Below are positions 17,981 to 27,330 of a DNA stretch of 41,032 nt, in pieces. The first letter of the stretch is position 1, and each line of letters begins with the position of its first letter. The notes below the pieces were generated by a model. That model worked only from the letters and a program-made list of their open reading frames with translations, made no database searches and was not told the origin of the DNA. The translations under genes were made by a program, and so were the position numbers. This stretch comes from a virus: UHGV virus genome UHGV-0278189; one strand, 5' to 3'.

Positions 17981-20451
17981 CAGAATCCCCCAACAGTAAG
18001 GCGAGGAATAACGGCAAGAACAGACAGTGGCAACGGGTCAAGCTGACGGATTCTTACACGTCCGTTTTTGCCCCAGTTACTGTCCAGTTTCACTTCTACT
18101 TTTCCGGTAGCATCATCAACAGGATCATCGTAGAACTCGAATTCACGCTGTGGATATTCGTACCATTTACCGCCGGGCGTAGTCGCCCAGATGCCGCGAC
18201 TGGCATTCACAACCAGAGTAACGGACGGGATCACCTGTTTTTTGTCCAGCAGCGTTTCCTGTCCGTTAATGTTGATATCCAGTGTTTCGAATTCAGCAGT
18301 TATTGGCAGGCCGATGTGCACAACAGCCCCAGGTGATTCCAGCGTGACGGCACCTCCGGAAACCACTTTCTGTGGTTCCACGTTCGCATCAGAGAGAATG
18401 TTTACGGTCTGGCCTTCAAGATGAGACAGGCCTCCAAATGTCCGGCGCGCCATCTGCCAGTTCGTGGTGGCCACATTCCTGAGGGATGGCGGGACGTTCC
18501 TGTTAGCACGAACCACTACAGCGGTGTTGCTGGTTACAGAAATAATGTCGCAACGTAATTCTTTTGACACCTCATCGCCAGTATCAGGATCAGTTCCGGT
18601 ATAAGGGAACTGTAGTTGCGCGCCGACATCACTACTGGTGAAGTACGCACCACCAGAAACACTGATTGTATATTCCGCGCGGTAATCCCATTCGCCAGAA
18701 CCACCAGTGATGATCATCGTTCTGTCAGACGTATTTCTTCCATCATAGCTAAGGCCAGAATCAACAAAGAAAGCATCTTCATCGCTGGTAAATAAACGGC
18801 TGGACAGTCGCTCGATGTATCTCACTGTTTGCCCGTTAACGGTTCGGTTAACGACGAAATACACCGCATCTTCATTGCCTTCGCTGATACTGCATGTGCT
18901 TTCATATTTTCCGGTACTGGATTGTGGTGCCCATGCAAAAACCTGCTGATCACGCAAATAGGTCATCACCAGTAATTTACCGTCATCACGAATGCAGAAG
19001 GCACTGGAGTAAGGGACAATCGAGAAGCACCAGTCAACAATGCTGTGCTTCTGAAAAAGATGATTGGCAAGGATGGTCAGGTCGTTCCCCTGATAGCCGT
19101 CAACATCGAATGAGTAGGCCAGATCACGGACAACGCTGCCTTTCTCCTGGACGAACAGAGCAATATTCGCCACGGCAATTGGCGGGACGTTGCTTGAGCC
19201 ATTTGATCCCTGAGAGCTGAATGCAAATGATGATGGGGTTAACACTTTGTTCTGGTCGCCGGTGATGACGTACTCACCTCCGGAAGTCAGTGCCACCAGC
19301 GAACCGACATCAATCAGGTGGCGGATCTCATTAACCTGACGCCCGGCATAGGTGTAGATAATTCTGTCGTCATCCTGCGTAGGATTGCTTTTGCCAAAAT
19401 CCTTATAATCCCCGGTACGGCTGGCCCAGATAGTCTGAGGAAACGCAGTCGATGCGGCGAAGTAAAGACGTTGTTGATAATAAACAACAGTGCCAGGATA
19501 ACCATTAACACTGTTCCAGGCATATTTAGCCCATTTATAGCTGGCATTATCCTCGCCAACTACCTGCGAAGGGATATAGGAAATCACCTCGGCAGTTGCA
19601 GTAGTTCCATTTGCAGCAGAGATACGGGCAATGCCAAAACCACTGTGCAGATACTCCCACTCAATGCCGGTATCATCATCACCGGATCCGCCCCAGCCAT
19701 CCCATGATGTGCCTTCTGTATGCGAAGGGCGCAAAGTGCCTGTTTTGCCTACTGTAACGGCGCGATAGTAGTTACTGTCTGCACGGCGAATATCGCCAAT
19801 TGACGTACTCTTACTGGTTTCCCATACCGGCACAGAATCCACTGCAGGCTGTTCCAGATAGAACAATTTGCCTACCTGCTCCGCGCCAAAAATAGAGGCG
19901 CTTGCCGTTAACGTAATTGTCCCGGTGCTGGCGCTGGCATAAACCGTCACTGACTCGTCAATATTGATATCTTCAAATGGCCCGTTCTTCGTTACCACAT
20001 CAACCAGTTGCCAGTTGTCATGCGCGTAGCGGCGCAACTCTTTCGGCGGGTATGCCGGGTGAACCAGCGTAAGCACGTCGGCGCTTTGCGTGAATTTAAT
20101 TCGGAACAGATCGGCTTCAGTATATGGCGTGGCAATTTCATAAATAACATTGCTGCTGTTCAGCACCAACGCACCATCTTTGATAACGCGCATGTACTGG
20201 TGCCCGAACTCCAGAGCATAGGTCTGAACCGTCGAGAACTGGAACGGGATCAGGCGGCATTTCCGATTTGGGTATTTGGCGGCACCGACAAAACGCGTAC
20301 CAGGTCGATTCTCAACTCCGCCATACTGCCGCACGATAAAGTTATCGCACTTGCGCAATGCCACCTGGTACTTCGCCATGTCAATACGACCGTACAACGA
20401 CGGTCCAATCTCACCACCGGCAAAGCTGGGCTGGATCCAACTGATAGCCAT
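17980..20451 (-). CDS. Tail tubular protein B / nozzle (T7 gp12-like)
   Basis: 823 aa; N-terminus MAISWIQPSFAGGEIGPSLYGR resembles T7 gp12 N-terminus as I recall it; size and position after gp11-like gene. Confidence 0.6.
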   Translation of the reverse strand: MAISWIQPSFAGGEIGPSLYGRIDMAKYQVALRKCDNFIVRQYGGVENRPGTRFVGAAKYPNRKCRLIPFQFSTVQTYALEFGHQYMRVIKDGALVLNSSNVIYEIATPYTEADLFRIKFTQSADVLTLVHPAYPPKELRRYAHDNWQLVDVVTKNGPFEDINIDESVTVYASASTGTITLTASASIFGAEQVGKLFYLEQPAVDSVPVWETSKSTSIGDIRRADSNYYRAVTVGKTGTLRPSHTEGTSWDGWGGSGDDDTGIEWEYLHSGFGIARISAANGTTATAEVISYIPSQVVGEDNASYKWAKYAWNSVNGYPGTVVYYQQRLYFAASTAFPQTIWASRTGDYKDFGKSNPTQDDDRIIYTYAGRQVNEIRHLIDVGSLVALTSGGEYVITGDQNKVLTPSSFAFSSQGSNGSSNVPPIAVANIALFVQEKGSVVRDLAYSFDVDGYQGNDLTILANHLFQKHSIVDWCFSIVPYSSAFCIRDDGKLLVMTYLRDQQVFAWAPQSSTGKYESTCSISEGNEDAVYFVVNRTVNGQTVRYIERLSSRLFTSDEDAFFVDSGLSYDGRNTSDRTMIITGGSGEWDYRAEYTISVSGGAYFTSSDVGAQLQFPYTGTDPDTGDEVSKELRCDIISVTSNTAVVVRANRNVPPSLRNVATTNWQMARRTFGGLSHLEGQTVNILSDANVEPQKVVSGGAVTLESPGAVVHIGLPITAEFETLDININGQETLLDKKQVIPSVTLVVNASRGIWATTPGGKWYEYPQREFEFYDDPVDDATGKVEVKLDSNWGKNGRVRIRQLDPLPLSVLAVIPRLTVGGF

Positions 20452-21059
20452 CAGGACAACCTCGCAATGGCAAACTCGTCAACCGGTGGCAGTGGTTCCT
20501 GTGATTCATTCTGGCTATGCGAGCCAGCACTAAGAATCACGCGATTGTACATATTGAGGGCAAACGTACCGAGGTCTGCATTCCCAGTCAGCGCCATGTT
20601 AATAGCTGCCGCAAGACGCCAGGCCAACGCCTCCATAAAAATGGCATCAAACATGTTTACATCTGAAACGCGAGAGACATACTTGAGCCATGCCTGCGGC
20701 TGGTCTGTGTAGATCAATTTTCCTGTTCCGTTGGTGTCTGCACCAACTTCGTACTGAACGCGCATTGCTGCTGTTGGATTGCGTACACCAGGAAGCATAA
20801 TTTCAGTAATGCGCAGACAATCGGACGGGTACTGATACGCATATTCCCAGTCAGGCGGTGGATTGCTCGTATCTGCAAGCGCCACGCGTTTGGTAGCAAA
20901 GTTCCAGTCAAAATCAGAAAGCACAGCATCACGGCAGGCCTCAAAGTGCAGCGAACATTCCCCCGCTTCCTTGCTGGCTTCCGTCAGGCTGTTAATGCTG
21001 CGGCTGTTGCCAATATTGGACAGCGCACGATTACAGATCTCTACTACAGAGGCCATCAC
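20451..21059 (-). CDS. Tail tubular protein A / adaptor (T7 gp11-like)
   Basis: 202 aa; N-terminal pattern ICNRALSNIG resembles gp11; directly precedes gp12-like gene. Confidence 0.5.
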   Translation of the reverse strand: MMASVVEICNRALSNIGNSRSINSLTEASKEAGECSLHFEACRDAVLSDFDWNFATKRVALADTSNPPPDWEYAYQYPSDCLRITEIMLPGVRNPTAAMRVQYEVGADTNGTGKLIYTDQPQAWLKYVSRVSDVNMFDAIFMEALAWRLAAAINMALTGNADLGTFALNMYNRVILSAGSHSQNESQEPLPPVDEFAIARLS

Positions 21060-21385
21060 TCACCTCCGTTACCGTACAGAGTTTCAGCCGCTGATTTTTC
21101 TACATCCCCGGAAACAGGAGCGATCGCCATATCAGTGATCTGCAGATCGGCGCTGCGATTAACGCCATCGTCAGTTTCTCTGGCAGACAGGCCTCGAATA
21201 ACAGCCTTTGCAGTTATCATCACTTCCGTTCCGACGCCCTTAGGTTGCGCCTTCAGCTTATTCAATGTGTCGTTATTCAGCGTGATGCACAGCCCCCACG
21301 GGTATTCATCGCGAGTTCTGGTTTCTCCGCTCTCATCCTGGTAGCTGTCAGTGCCGGTTTTGAGGTTTACGAGTTCCATATACAC
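21056..21385 (-). CDS. Hypothetical structural-module protein
   Basis: 109 aa; coupled to downstream gene (4-nt overlap). Confidence 0.5.
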   Translation of the reverse strand: MYMELVNLKTGTDSYQDESGETRTRDEYPWGLCITLNNDTLNKLKAQPKGVGTEVMITAKAVIRGLSARETDDGVNRSADLQITDMAIAPVSGDVEKSAAETLYGNGGE

Positions 21386-21429
21386 TCCTGCAATAAAGGG
21401 GCCGAAGCCCCTTGTCTGATCCGCGAGGC

Positions 21430-21774
21430 TTACACGCCCAGTTCTTTACGCTTATCTGCGATCTTCTCGCGGAGCGTTTCGGCTTTGGCGTTATGGTGTG
21501 GCTTCTCGTTAAAGAGCAATTCGTACTCTTCACGGAGCTTATCCAGTTCACCATCATCTGACACATCGTTGATGATTTTGGTGCTGGTTGCTGCCATAGA
21601 CACCTTTCCTGCAACTTTTGCTTTTGCCTGTCTGGCTGCATCGTTAACAGGTTCCAGTGCGCTACCAGGCTCACCTTCGTATTCGATTTCTGCCCCCTCT
21701 GGCCACAGAGTGTTATGGATATGAGAGAGGCGCAGAACGCGGTATCTTGGTTTCTCACCTGACATCGATATCAC
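21430..21774 (-). CDS. Hypothetical structural-module protein
   Basis: 114 aa; followed by GGGGC-ttcg-GCCCC hairpin. Confidence 0.5.
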   Translation of the reverse strand: MISMSGEKPRYRVLRLSHIHNTLWPEGAEIEYEGEPGSALEPVNDAARQAKAKVAGKVSMAATSTKIINDVSDDGELDKLREEYELLFNEKPHHNAKAETLREKIADKRKELGV

Positions 21775-21775
21775 C

Positions 21776-22213
21776 TTAACCAGTTACTTTTGAGCGGATC
21801 GGGTACGGCGTATTGGCATCAACATCCAGACTGATACCCGCAGTGAATTTGCCAGCCGTTAGTGGGCCAGTTGCGACGGAGTAGTTAACACGCAGATATC
21901 GCTGAACACCGGCAGGCACCTTTGCAGAAACAACTCGTTTACCTGCTGTCAGGGCGGTCTTTGCCAGTGCGCCACTATCATAAATAGTGGTCCATGAGCT
22001 GTTATTCTCACTCGTCTGCAACTGGATGTTTACAGTTGCATCACCGCTTGCCGCGGCGGCTGCGTTAACCAGCGCCCAAAACTCAAGCGGGTAACCCACG
22101 CCGATATCACGACGTTTTCCGTCAATTGGACCGAGATCGATTACGTCAGTAGAAGCCGCGGTATTCGTAACCGCCTGAGCTTCGGAGAACATCAACAGTT
22201 TGTCGGTGATCAT
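21776..22213 (-). CDS. Hypothetical protein after capsid gene (possible decoration/minor capsid protein)
   Basis: 145 aa, Ala/Thr/Gly-rich; immediately downstream of major capsid gene and a stem-loop. Confidence 0.45.
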   Translation of the reverse strand: MITDKLLMFSEAQAVTNTAASTDVIDLGPIDGKRRDIGVGYPLEFWALVNAAAAASGDATVNIQLQTSENNSSWTTIYDSGALAKTALTAGKRVVSAKVPAGVQRYLRVNYSVATGPLTAGKFTAGISLDVDANTPYPIRSKVTG

Positions 22214-22264
22214 CTTCTTTCTCCATTAGTGGGTCTGTTACGACCCACAGGTTAATAACAGGCG

Positions 22265-23257
22265 TTACACCACGCGGGCTTCTGTTTCCAGAAGCGCATC
22301 AGTTTCACGGATTGGTACACCACGGAATGAAGTCCACCACTCGCCTTCAGTCTCTTTTACGCTGATAGCCAGAGATGTTTTCTCCAGAGATTGCAGATCA
22401 AGAGCCTGGCCTACAGTGCGGTTCATGTAGAACACCGGGCGGCCCATGCCACGGTTTGGAATGCGATGCAGTGCCTTAACCATCAACTTGGCAATATTTG
22501 CGGCAGAGGATGGTTCTGAAAGATTGCTGACATCGATGTTTGCAATGCGAACAACATAACGCCAGTCACGCAGAGCAAGTCCGTTGTCCCATTTGTAATG
22601 GGTGCGATAACCTTCGTACTTGCCGCCATTAGCATCTTCCAGTGTCACCTGGCCTTTATCTTCCATCTGGATGCCAGCCTTCTTCCCTTTCGGGAAGATG
22701 CCATGCACGGTGTTTTCGCCCCACACCACTAACCAGATTGAGGTGTTATCTGTACCCGTGCCACCAGCATCAATGATGTTCTGAGCATTACCCGCAGACA
22801 GGCTGGAATAGCGGGAGGACAGTCCCATAAACTGCTGAGGGTTAACGCTGGAATCACCATAAAACAGCGTCTGCGCCATCTGCTGATTCATCGCTTCAAT
22901 AAATGCGCGGTCTTCAGACAGGCGGAATTCAGCGGTATTGCCGTTCAGATCAGCCAGTGACTTATCGACTTCAGCATAGGTTTCCAGCATGCCAACGGAA
23001 TCGGTTACCTGCACTGTGGTTGATTTGCTTGGCTGTACGCCATAGTTCAGCAAACGCCAGGTAGCTGAAGGTAAACCAGAACGAATGGTGGTTCGGTGTC
23101 CGGTAGGAAGGTTCCCTTCGACAAAGGGCATATCCTGAAGGATCGGGTTAGTTTGACCGAGAAGCTCGATAATCTTATCGACTTTCCCGTTTGGATCGAC
23201 GCGCTTACCCCAGTCAGCCAGCGTTAGCGCAGTTAAGCCTTTAACAGCCATTGTCAT
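22265..23257 (-). CDS. Major capsid protein
   Basis: 330 aa; follows scaffold-like gene; size and position typical of a major capsid protein; stem-loop after stop. Confidence 0.65.
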   Translation of the reverse strand: MTMAVKGLTALTLADWGKRVDPNGKVDKIIELLGQTNPILQDMPFVEGNLPTGHRTTIRSGLPSATWRLLNYGVQPSKSTTVQVTDSVGMLETYAEVDKSLADLNGNTAEFRLSEDRAFIEAMNQQMAQTLFYGDSSVNPQQFMGLSSRYSSLSAGNAQNIIDAGGTGTDNTSIWLVVWGENTVHGIFPKGKKAGIQMEDKGQVTLEDANGGKYEGYRTHYKWDNGLALRDWRYVVRIANIDVSNLSEPSSAANIAKLMVKALHRIPNRGMGRPVFYMNRTVGQALDLQSLEKTSLAISVKETEGEWWTSFRGVPIRETDALLETEARVV

Positions 23258-23265
23258 TTCCTCTC

Positions 23266-23967
23266 TTATTTGCCATAGAGCACTTCGGCCGCACTACGCT
23301 GGCCTTCATTACCACCGGTGACCATGCCATCTTCAGACATCGCCTTTCCGATTTTCACGAACGTTTTGACCAGATCAGGGTGATTACCCAGCCCGGTGGT
23401 GTTCAGATATTCTTTGAGCTCGGGTGTCCCGAACTGGTCAAGCGCACGCTGTGCGGCGCTAAGGTTAGAAATCAACTTGTCGCCACCAATTTCTTTGTCA
23501 GCTTTTACATCAGCAGCCCACTGCTCGGTTGTTTTCTGCCAGGCTTCTGCCTGGCGCTGCTGCACACCTGCCAGAATCTTCGGATAAGCATCAACCAGCT
23601 TTTGCGCTTGCTCGTTGGTCAGGTTTAGTTCTCGCGCCACCGGCTCGAATTCCTTCAACGCTTCTGTATCCAGCTCTACGCCTTCGGCAGCCTGAAACTC
23701 GTACTTCTCAGGCGCACCCTCTGGTTTATCGCCGCCCTTTTTTTCATCCTGCTTATCGTTTTCAGGCTTTTTGTCATCAGCAGGTTTATCGCCATCAGAA
23801 ACAGGTTGTGGCTTATCACCTTCCTGTTGTGATGGATCACCAACTGGAGCAGGGTTATCACCTGCAGGCGCTGACGGTTCTGACGCAGCCGGAGCTGCTC
23901 CACCATCGACTGGTTGCTCATTGCAAAGACGGCGATACAGCAAACGCTCAAATAAATTCATGATCAC
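23266..23967 (-). CDS. Scaffolding protein (putative)
   Basis: 233 aa, acidic, Pro/Ala/Asp/Lys-rich low-complexity N-terminus, lies between portal and capsid genes. Confidence 0.5.
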   Translation of the reverse strand: MIMNLFERLLYRRLCNEQPVDGGAAPAASEPSAPAGDNPAPVGDPSQQEGDKPQPVSDGDKPADDKKPENDKQDEKKGGDKPEGAPEKYEFQAAEGVELDTEALKEFEPVARELNLTNEQAQKLVDAYPKILAGVQQRQAEAWQKTTEQWAADVKADKEIGGDKLISNLSAAQRALDQFGTPELKEYLNTTGLGNHPDLVKTFVKIGKAMSEDGMVTGGNEGQRSAAEVLYGK

Positions 23968-24260
23968 TCCTGTTCACTGGCCTCTTTGGCCATCTTCAAA
24001 TACTGTTCAGGGCAATGCGCCATAACGCGCTGAAACAGTTCCAGCGCCAGATTGCGTTGCCCCTCATTAAATGCCATTGCCATAGCATCCATCGGAGAGA
24101 TAGCGGAAAACACCCGGCCTTTCTCCAGCACCGACCAGACAACGCGACGCCCCTGTTCACTGCTCATGACAAAGCGAATGTCATCAATTTCACGCTGTGC
24201 CATGTCACGTTGCTTACGGGCGTTTTCTTCTTTCAGTTGATCGTCTTCGTAATCTGTCAT
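23964..24260 (-). CDS. Hypothetical head-module protein
   Basis: 98 aa; 4-nt overlaps with portal stop and scaffold start. Confidence 0.5.
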   Translation of the reverse strand: MTDYEDDQLKEENARKQRDMAQREIDDIRFVMSSEQGRRVVWSVLEKGRVFSAISPMDAMAMAFNEGQRNLALELFQRVMAHCPEQYLKMAKEASEQE

Positions 24261-25936
24261 TGTGATTGCCCACCCTGACCACTAACTGCATTCGCCATAG
24301 CTGACAAAACACTCGGATCCGAAGTTTTAGCTTCGCTTAGCGTCTTGGCACCCTGTGCCGCCGCCATCCCCATCGCCATCATTTGTTGCTGCTGTTGTTG
24401 CTGTGCCCGTTGCTGGCGAGCCTGCTCAACCTGTTCCTGCGGAACAATGACGGTTGGAGACACTCCGGACATATCAGCGAATGCATCGATCGCCTGATCA
24501 ACGTTGAGTTTGTCGAGAGCTTCTGGTTTCGCTTGCGCAAGTTGACCAATGAAGTTAACCGTGGACGCCAGACTGGACAGGCCGATAGACTTCTGCGCCT
24601 GAGCCATGACGGAAATGTATTCGACCTTCAGGGGCATACCTTCCATCACGTCTGGCGGTGGCGGCAGCATGTTTTTACGCACCATCATCGAGAAAGAGCG
24701 GTCAATGAGAGGATTAAGACATTCGTCGTTCAGGCGCTCCAGAACCGGCCCCAACATCAGAAGTTTTTCTTCTTTCATTTCGATCACCGCTTCCACAGGC
24801 ATCGAGCGGGTATTGATGTTCTGCAACATCATGAACAGATCGACAAAGTAGGCGCTGTTAATGATTTGACGAGTGTCCTGAATGTCTGCCACCAAATCTG
24901 CTGTACTGGGGTTAACCAGATAAGCAGGCCTGAAACCATCCTGACCAGTAATCTGATCGATATACGTGATGTCGCCAGGAAGAAGGGAGGCGCGCTGATT
25001 CTTGAGGGAAGTCGGAGCAACCATCGGCGGATTGGTGGCTTTATCAATCAACTGCGACTTGCGCTTCTGGAGAAGCTGCAATGCCTTAACAGGTCCAAGC
25101 GCCAGCATACCCGGGCATGATGATCCATAAACATCTTCGCCGTTAACTTCCCAGCGCGGAGCCATAATTGGAAACTCATCGAATCCGGACTCACGCAACA
25201 ACTTGTCGTTATCGCCACCAACCTCGTAATAAACCGATTTGAATGGCTTGTTCTTGCTATCCAGCTTCGATGTATCGCGGTCAATGTTCGGGTAAACCGA
25301 ATGCATCACTTCAATCCACTTCTCGTAGGTGCCGCTTTCCCACATGCTTTTTACGGATTCGCTGACGTTATTTAGCCCGAACTCCTGAACAAGCTGACGA
25401 ACAGTCATAGAGAACTTGCGAAAACAGGTGTCCACACTGCCACGAGGTGAGTTAGCCAGGTAGTAACTGCCTATCGGGAATGGCATTGTGCGAATGATGT
25501 CCTCGTCATCCTCCAGCACCGCCATTGCACCAGTGCTGTATGTGCCGAGGCTTCCGTATAACTGCGGAAGAGACTGGTAGAGATTCGACTTATTGAACAT
25601 ATCGTTCATGCGGTTCTGCACCGCCTCGAGCCACAACTTAACAGGACCATAATCCATCATTTCAGGATCTGGCGTAGCCAGGCGAAACCACGGACGCGCA
25701 GGGCTTGTGATGCCTGACATCATGCCGCTGGCGAGAGTGCGCGCCGCCATAGTCCCGGTCGAATCAATAATGCGTGTATTGCGTCGATCGTTACGGTTGA
25801 CTTCAGAAGTCAGAAAGCGGGAACCACGCGGGTTGATGTAATCACTCAACTCGCGCCAGTGCGGCTCGAACGACTGACGCTCGCTTTCAAGTTGTGCGAA
25901 CTGTTTGTTCAATCGCTCTTTAGTTGTTTCCGCCAT
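24257..25936 (-). CDS. Portal protein
   Basis: 559 aa; downstream of terminase; C-terminal poly-Gln tail; size typical of podophage portal. Confidence 0.65.
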   Translation of the reverse strand: MAETTKERLNKQFAQLESERQSFEPHWRELSDYINPRGSRFLTSEVNRNDRRNTRIIDSTGTMAARTLASGMMSGITSPARPWFRLATPDPEMMDYGPVKLWLEAVQNRMNDMFNKSNLYQSLPQLYGSLGTYSTGAMAVLEDDEDIIRTMPFPIGSYYLANSPRGSVDTCFRKFSMTVRQLVQEFGLNNVSESVKSMWESGTYEKWIEVMHSVYPNIDRDTSKLDSKNKPFKSVYYEVGGDNDKLLRESGFDEFPIMAPRWEVNGEDVYGSSCPGMLALGPVKALQLLQKRKSQLIDKATNPPMVAPTSLKNQRASLLPGDITYIDQITGQDGFRPAYLVNPSTADLVADIQDTRQIINSAYFVDLFMMLQNINTRSMPVEAVIEMKEEKLLMLGPVLERLNDECLNPLIDRSFSMMVRKNMLPPPPDVMEGMPLKVEYISVMAQAQKSIGLSSLASTVNFIGQLAQAKPEALDKLNVDQAIDAFADMSGVSPTVIVPQEQVEQARQQRAQQQQQQQMMAMGMAAAQGAKTLSEAKTSDPSVLSAMANAVSGQGGQSQ

Positions 25937-25950
25937 TTCAATGACTCCGG

Positions 25951-26157
25951 TTACTGACCAAGCAGCGTTTTACCGCTGGTATTAGCGGTTGATGTGTCGC
26001 CCTGAGAACCGGTAAGCAGCGTAGAACTACGACCAGCAGCAGCGCGACGGCGACGAGTTTCTTCGTCGCGGGCATCAACAACGGCGGCATCCTGCTCCTG
26101 TGGTGCTGCCTGAACTTCTGGTGTTGCAGGCACTGATGGTGAGCTACCCATGCACAT
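25951..26157 (-). CDS. Small acidic hypothetical protein upstream of portal
   Basis: 68 aa; GGAG RBS 8 nt upstream; preferred over overlapping 25938..26177 frame. Confidence 0.4.
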   Translation of the reverse strand: MCMGSSPSVPATPEVQAAPQEQDAAVVDARDEETRRRRAAAGRSSTLLTGSQGDTSTANTSGKTLLGQ

Positions 26158-26246
26158 ATCAATGACTCCGTACGCAATTAAATTATTACCAATTTAACCA
26201 CATGTGATTTATTTATCGTAGATACTTGACATTTAACGCACTAATT

Positions 26247-26263
26247 ATTACCTTTCAGGTAAG
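26247..26263. promoter_or_regulatory. Operator-like palindrome TTACC-N5-GGTAA (copy 5)
   Basis: aTTACCtttcaGGTAAg in non-coding region between head operon and tRNA; TTGACA at 26226-26231 nearby. Confidence 0.6.
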
Positions 26264-26584
26264 CAAAGAGTTCATTCCGGTTATTAACCTGACTGGCTTG
26301 TCGTTAAATTGAACAGGTGGGGTGAGCTTTTATTTTGAGCAGTACGGTGTATGGCACATGCGCCGATAGCGGTCTGGATACGTTTAAGGGGCACCCTCCC
26401 TTGCTATGGCAAACGAACCAGGTAGCCGGAATGTGCAAGTCGAGCGGTTTTATTCCGCGCACGGGGATTCACCATCCCGGCGATTCGGTGTGACACCTCG
26501 GAAGAGACGAGGGTGCAACGATGAGAGCATTTATGGAGCCGCGACAAAGTGTGGTGCCTTAACAGGCTAAGTGCTCTCAGCGTT

Positions 26585-26661
26585 GTGGCATTAGCTCAGT
26601 TGGACAGAGCAACCGCCTTCTAAGCGGTTGGTCGCAGGTTCGAATCCTGCATGCCACGCCA
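26585..26661 (+). tRNA. tRNA-Arg (anticodon UCU), phage-encoded
   Basis: 77 nt; acceptor stem GTGGCAT/ATGCCAC, D-arm GCTC..GAGC, anticodon loop CTTCTAA, T-arm GCAGG-TTCGAAT-CCTGC, discriminator G and encoded CCA. Confidence 0.85.
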
Positions 26662-26704
26662 GAATCACGCCTAAGGACCGTGATGCCAGAAGTTCCAGGT
26701 GCTT

Positions 26705-26752
26705 GGCGGTGATGGTTTCCCTTGAAGGACTATCACCGCCCTTGCCCTTTTT
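26705..26752 (+). terminator. Hairpin with T-run in tRNA 3' trailer (putative terminator or processing structure)
   Basis: GGCGGTGAT-17 nt-ATCACCGCC followed by cttgcccTTTTT. Confidence 0.4.
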
Positions 26753-26830
26753 ACAGCAGGACGCCATTGCGATGACTTCATGCTGTAAACCAGTACAGCC
26801 ACGGAAGGCATAACTCATTGCTTCCAGTTC

Positions 26831-26854
26831 GCCCGGTTCGCCGGGCATTTTTTT
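26831..26854 (+). terminator. Rho-independent terminator 12 nt upstream of the 26866 start codon
   Basis: GCCCGG-ttcg-CCGGGC followed by aTTTTTTT. Confidence 0.7.
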
Positions 26855-26865
26855 AAGGTGAGATT

Positions 26866-27240
26866 ATGAACGACCAGCAAATCGAAAAAGAAATCGTTGA
26901 GAAAGGTAAAACGGCACCTCGTGTAACTCCTGAGAAAATTGAAGGTCTCATTTGCAGTGAGCATTTTTTTACTGCTGCGCAGGGGGATCATCAGGCTAAA
27001 GAAGATGACCTTATTTATAATCCAGAGCCTTATGTCGAAGCCACCCCTGATGCTCTGCACCTTCTCACTTTCTGCGTCCTGGTGCTGCGCAACGGCTTCA
27101 CCGTCACCGGAGAGAGCGCCTGTGCAAGCCCGGAAAACTTTGATGCAGAAATTGGTCGGAAGATTGCCCGACAGAATGCTGTAAACAAAATCTGGATGCT
27201 TGAAGGTTACTTGCTGAAGCAGAAGTTAAGCGAGCAATAA
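26866..27240 (+). CDS. Conserved phage protein of unknown function (possibly N4 gp49 / Sf6 gp66-like family, tentative)
   Basis: 124 aa; AAGGTGAG RBS; opposite strand to flanking terminase and head genes; family assignment is weak recollection. Confidence 0.6.
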   Translation: MNDQQIEKEIVEKGKTAPRVTPEKIEGLICSEHFFTAAQGDHQAKEDDLIYNPEPYVEATPDALHLLTFCVLVLRNGFTVTGESACASPENFDAEIGRKIARQNAVNKIWMLEGYLLKQKLSEQ

Positions 27241-27330
27241 CACCGTGACATATCACAAACAGCCAGCCTATGAGCTGGCTTTGTTTTATCCTCATCAGAG
27301 GATATCAACAACATTATCCCCTCAAGCGGA

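Noticed and set aside
20008-20712. 234-aa ORF on + strand
   Set aside because: Antisense within the tail-tubular gene pair, which are tightly coupled and have recognisable N-termini.
24383-25120. 245-aa ORF on + strand
   Set aside because: Antisense inside the portal gene; His/Arg-rich low-complexity translation typical of a spurious antisense frame.
26591-26848. 85-aa ORF on - strand
   Set aside because: Overlaps the tRNA-Arg gene and its trailer hairpins on the opposite strand.
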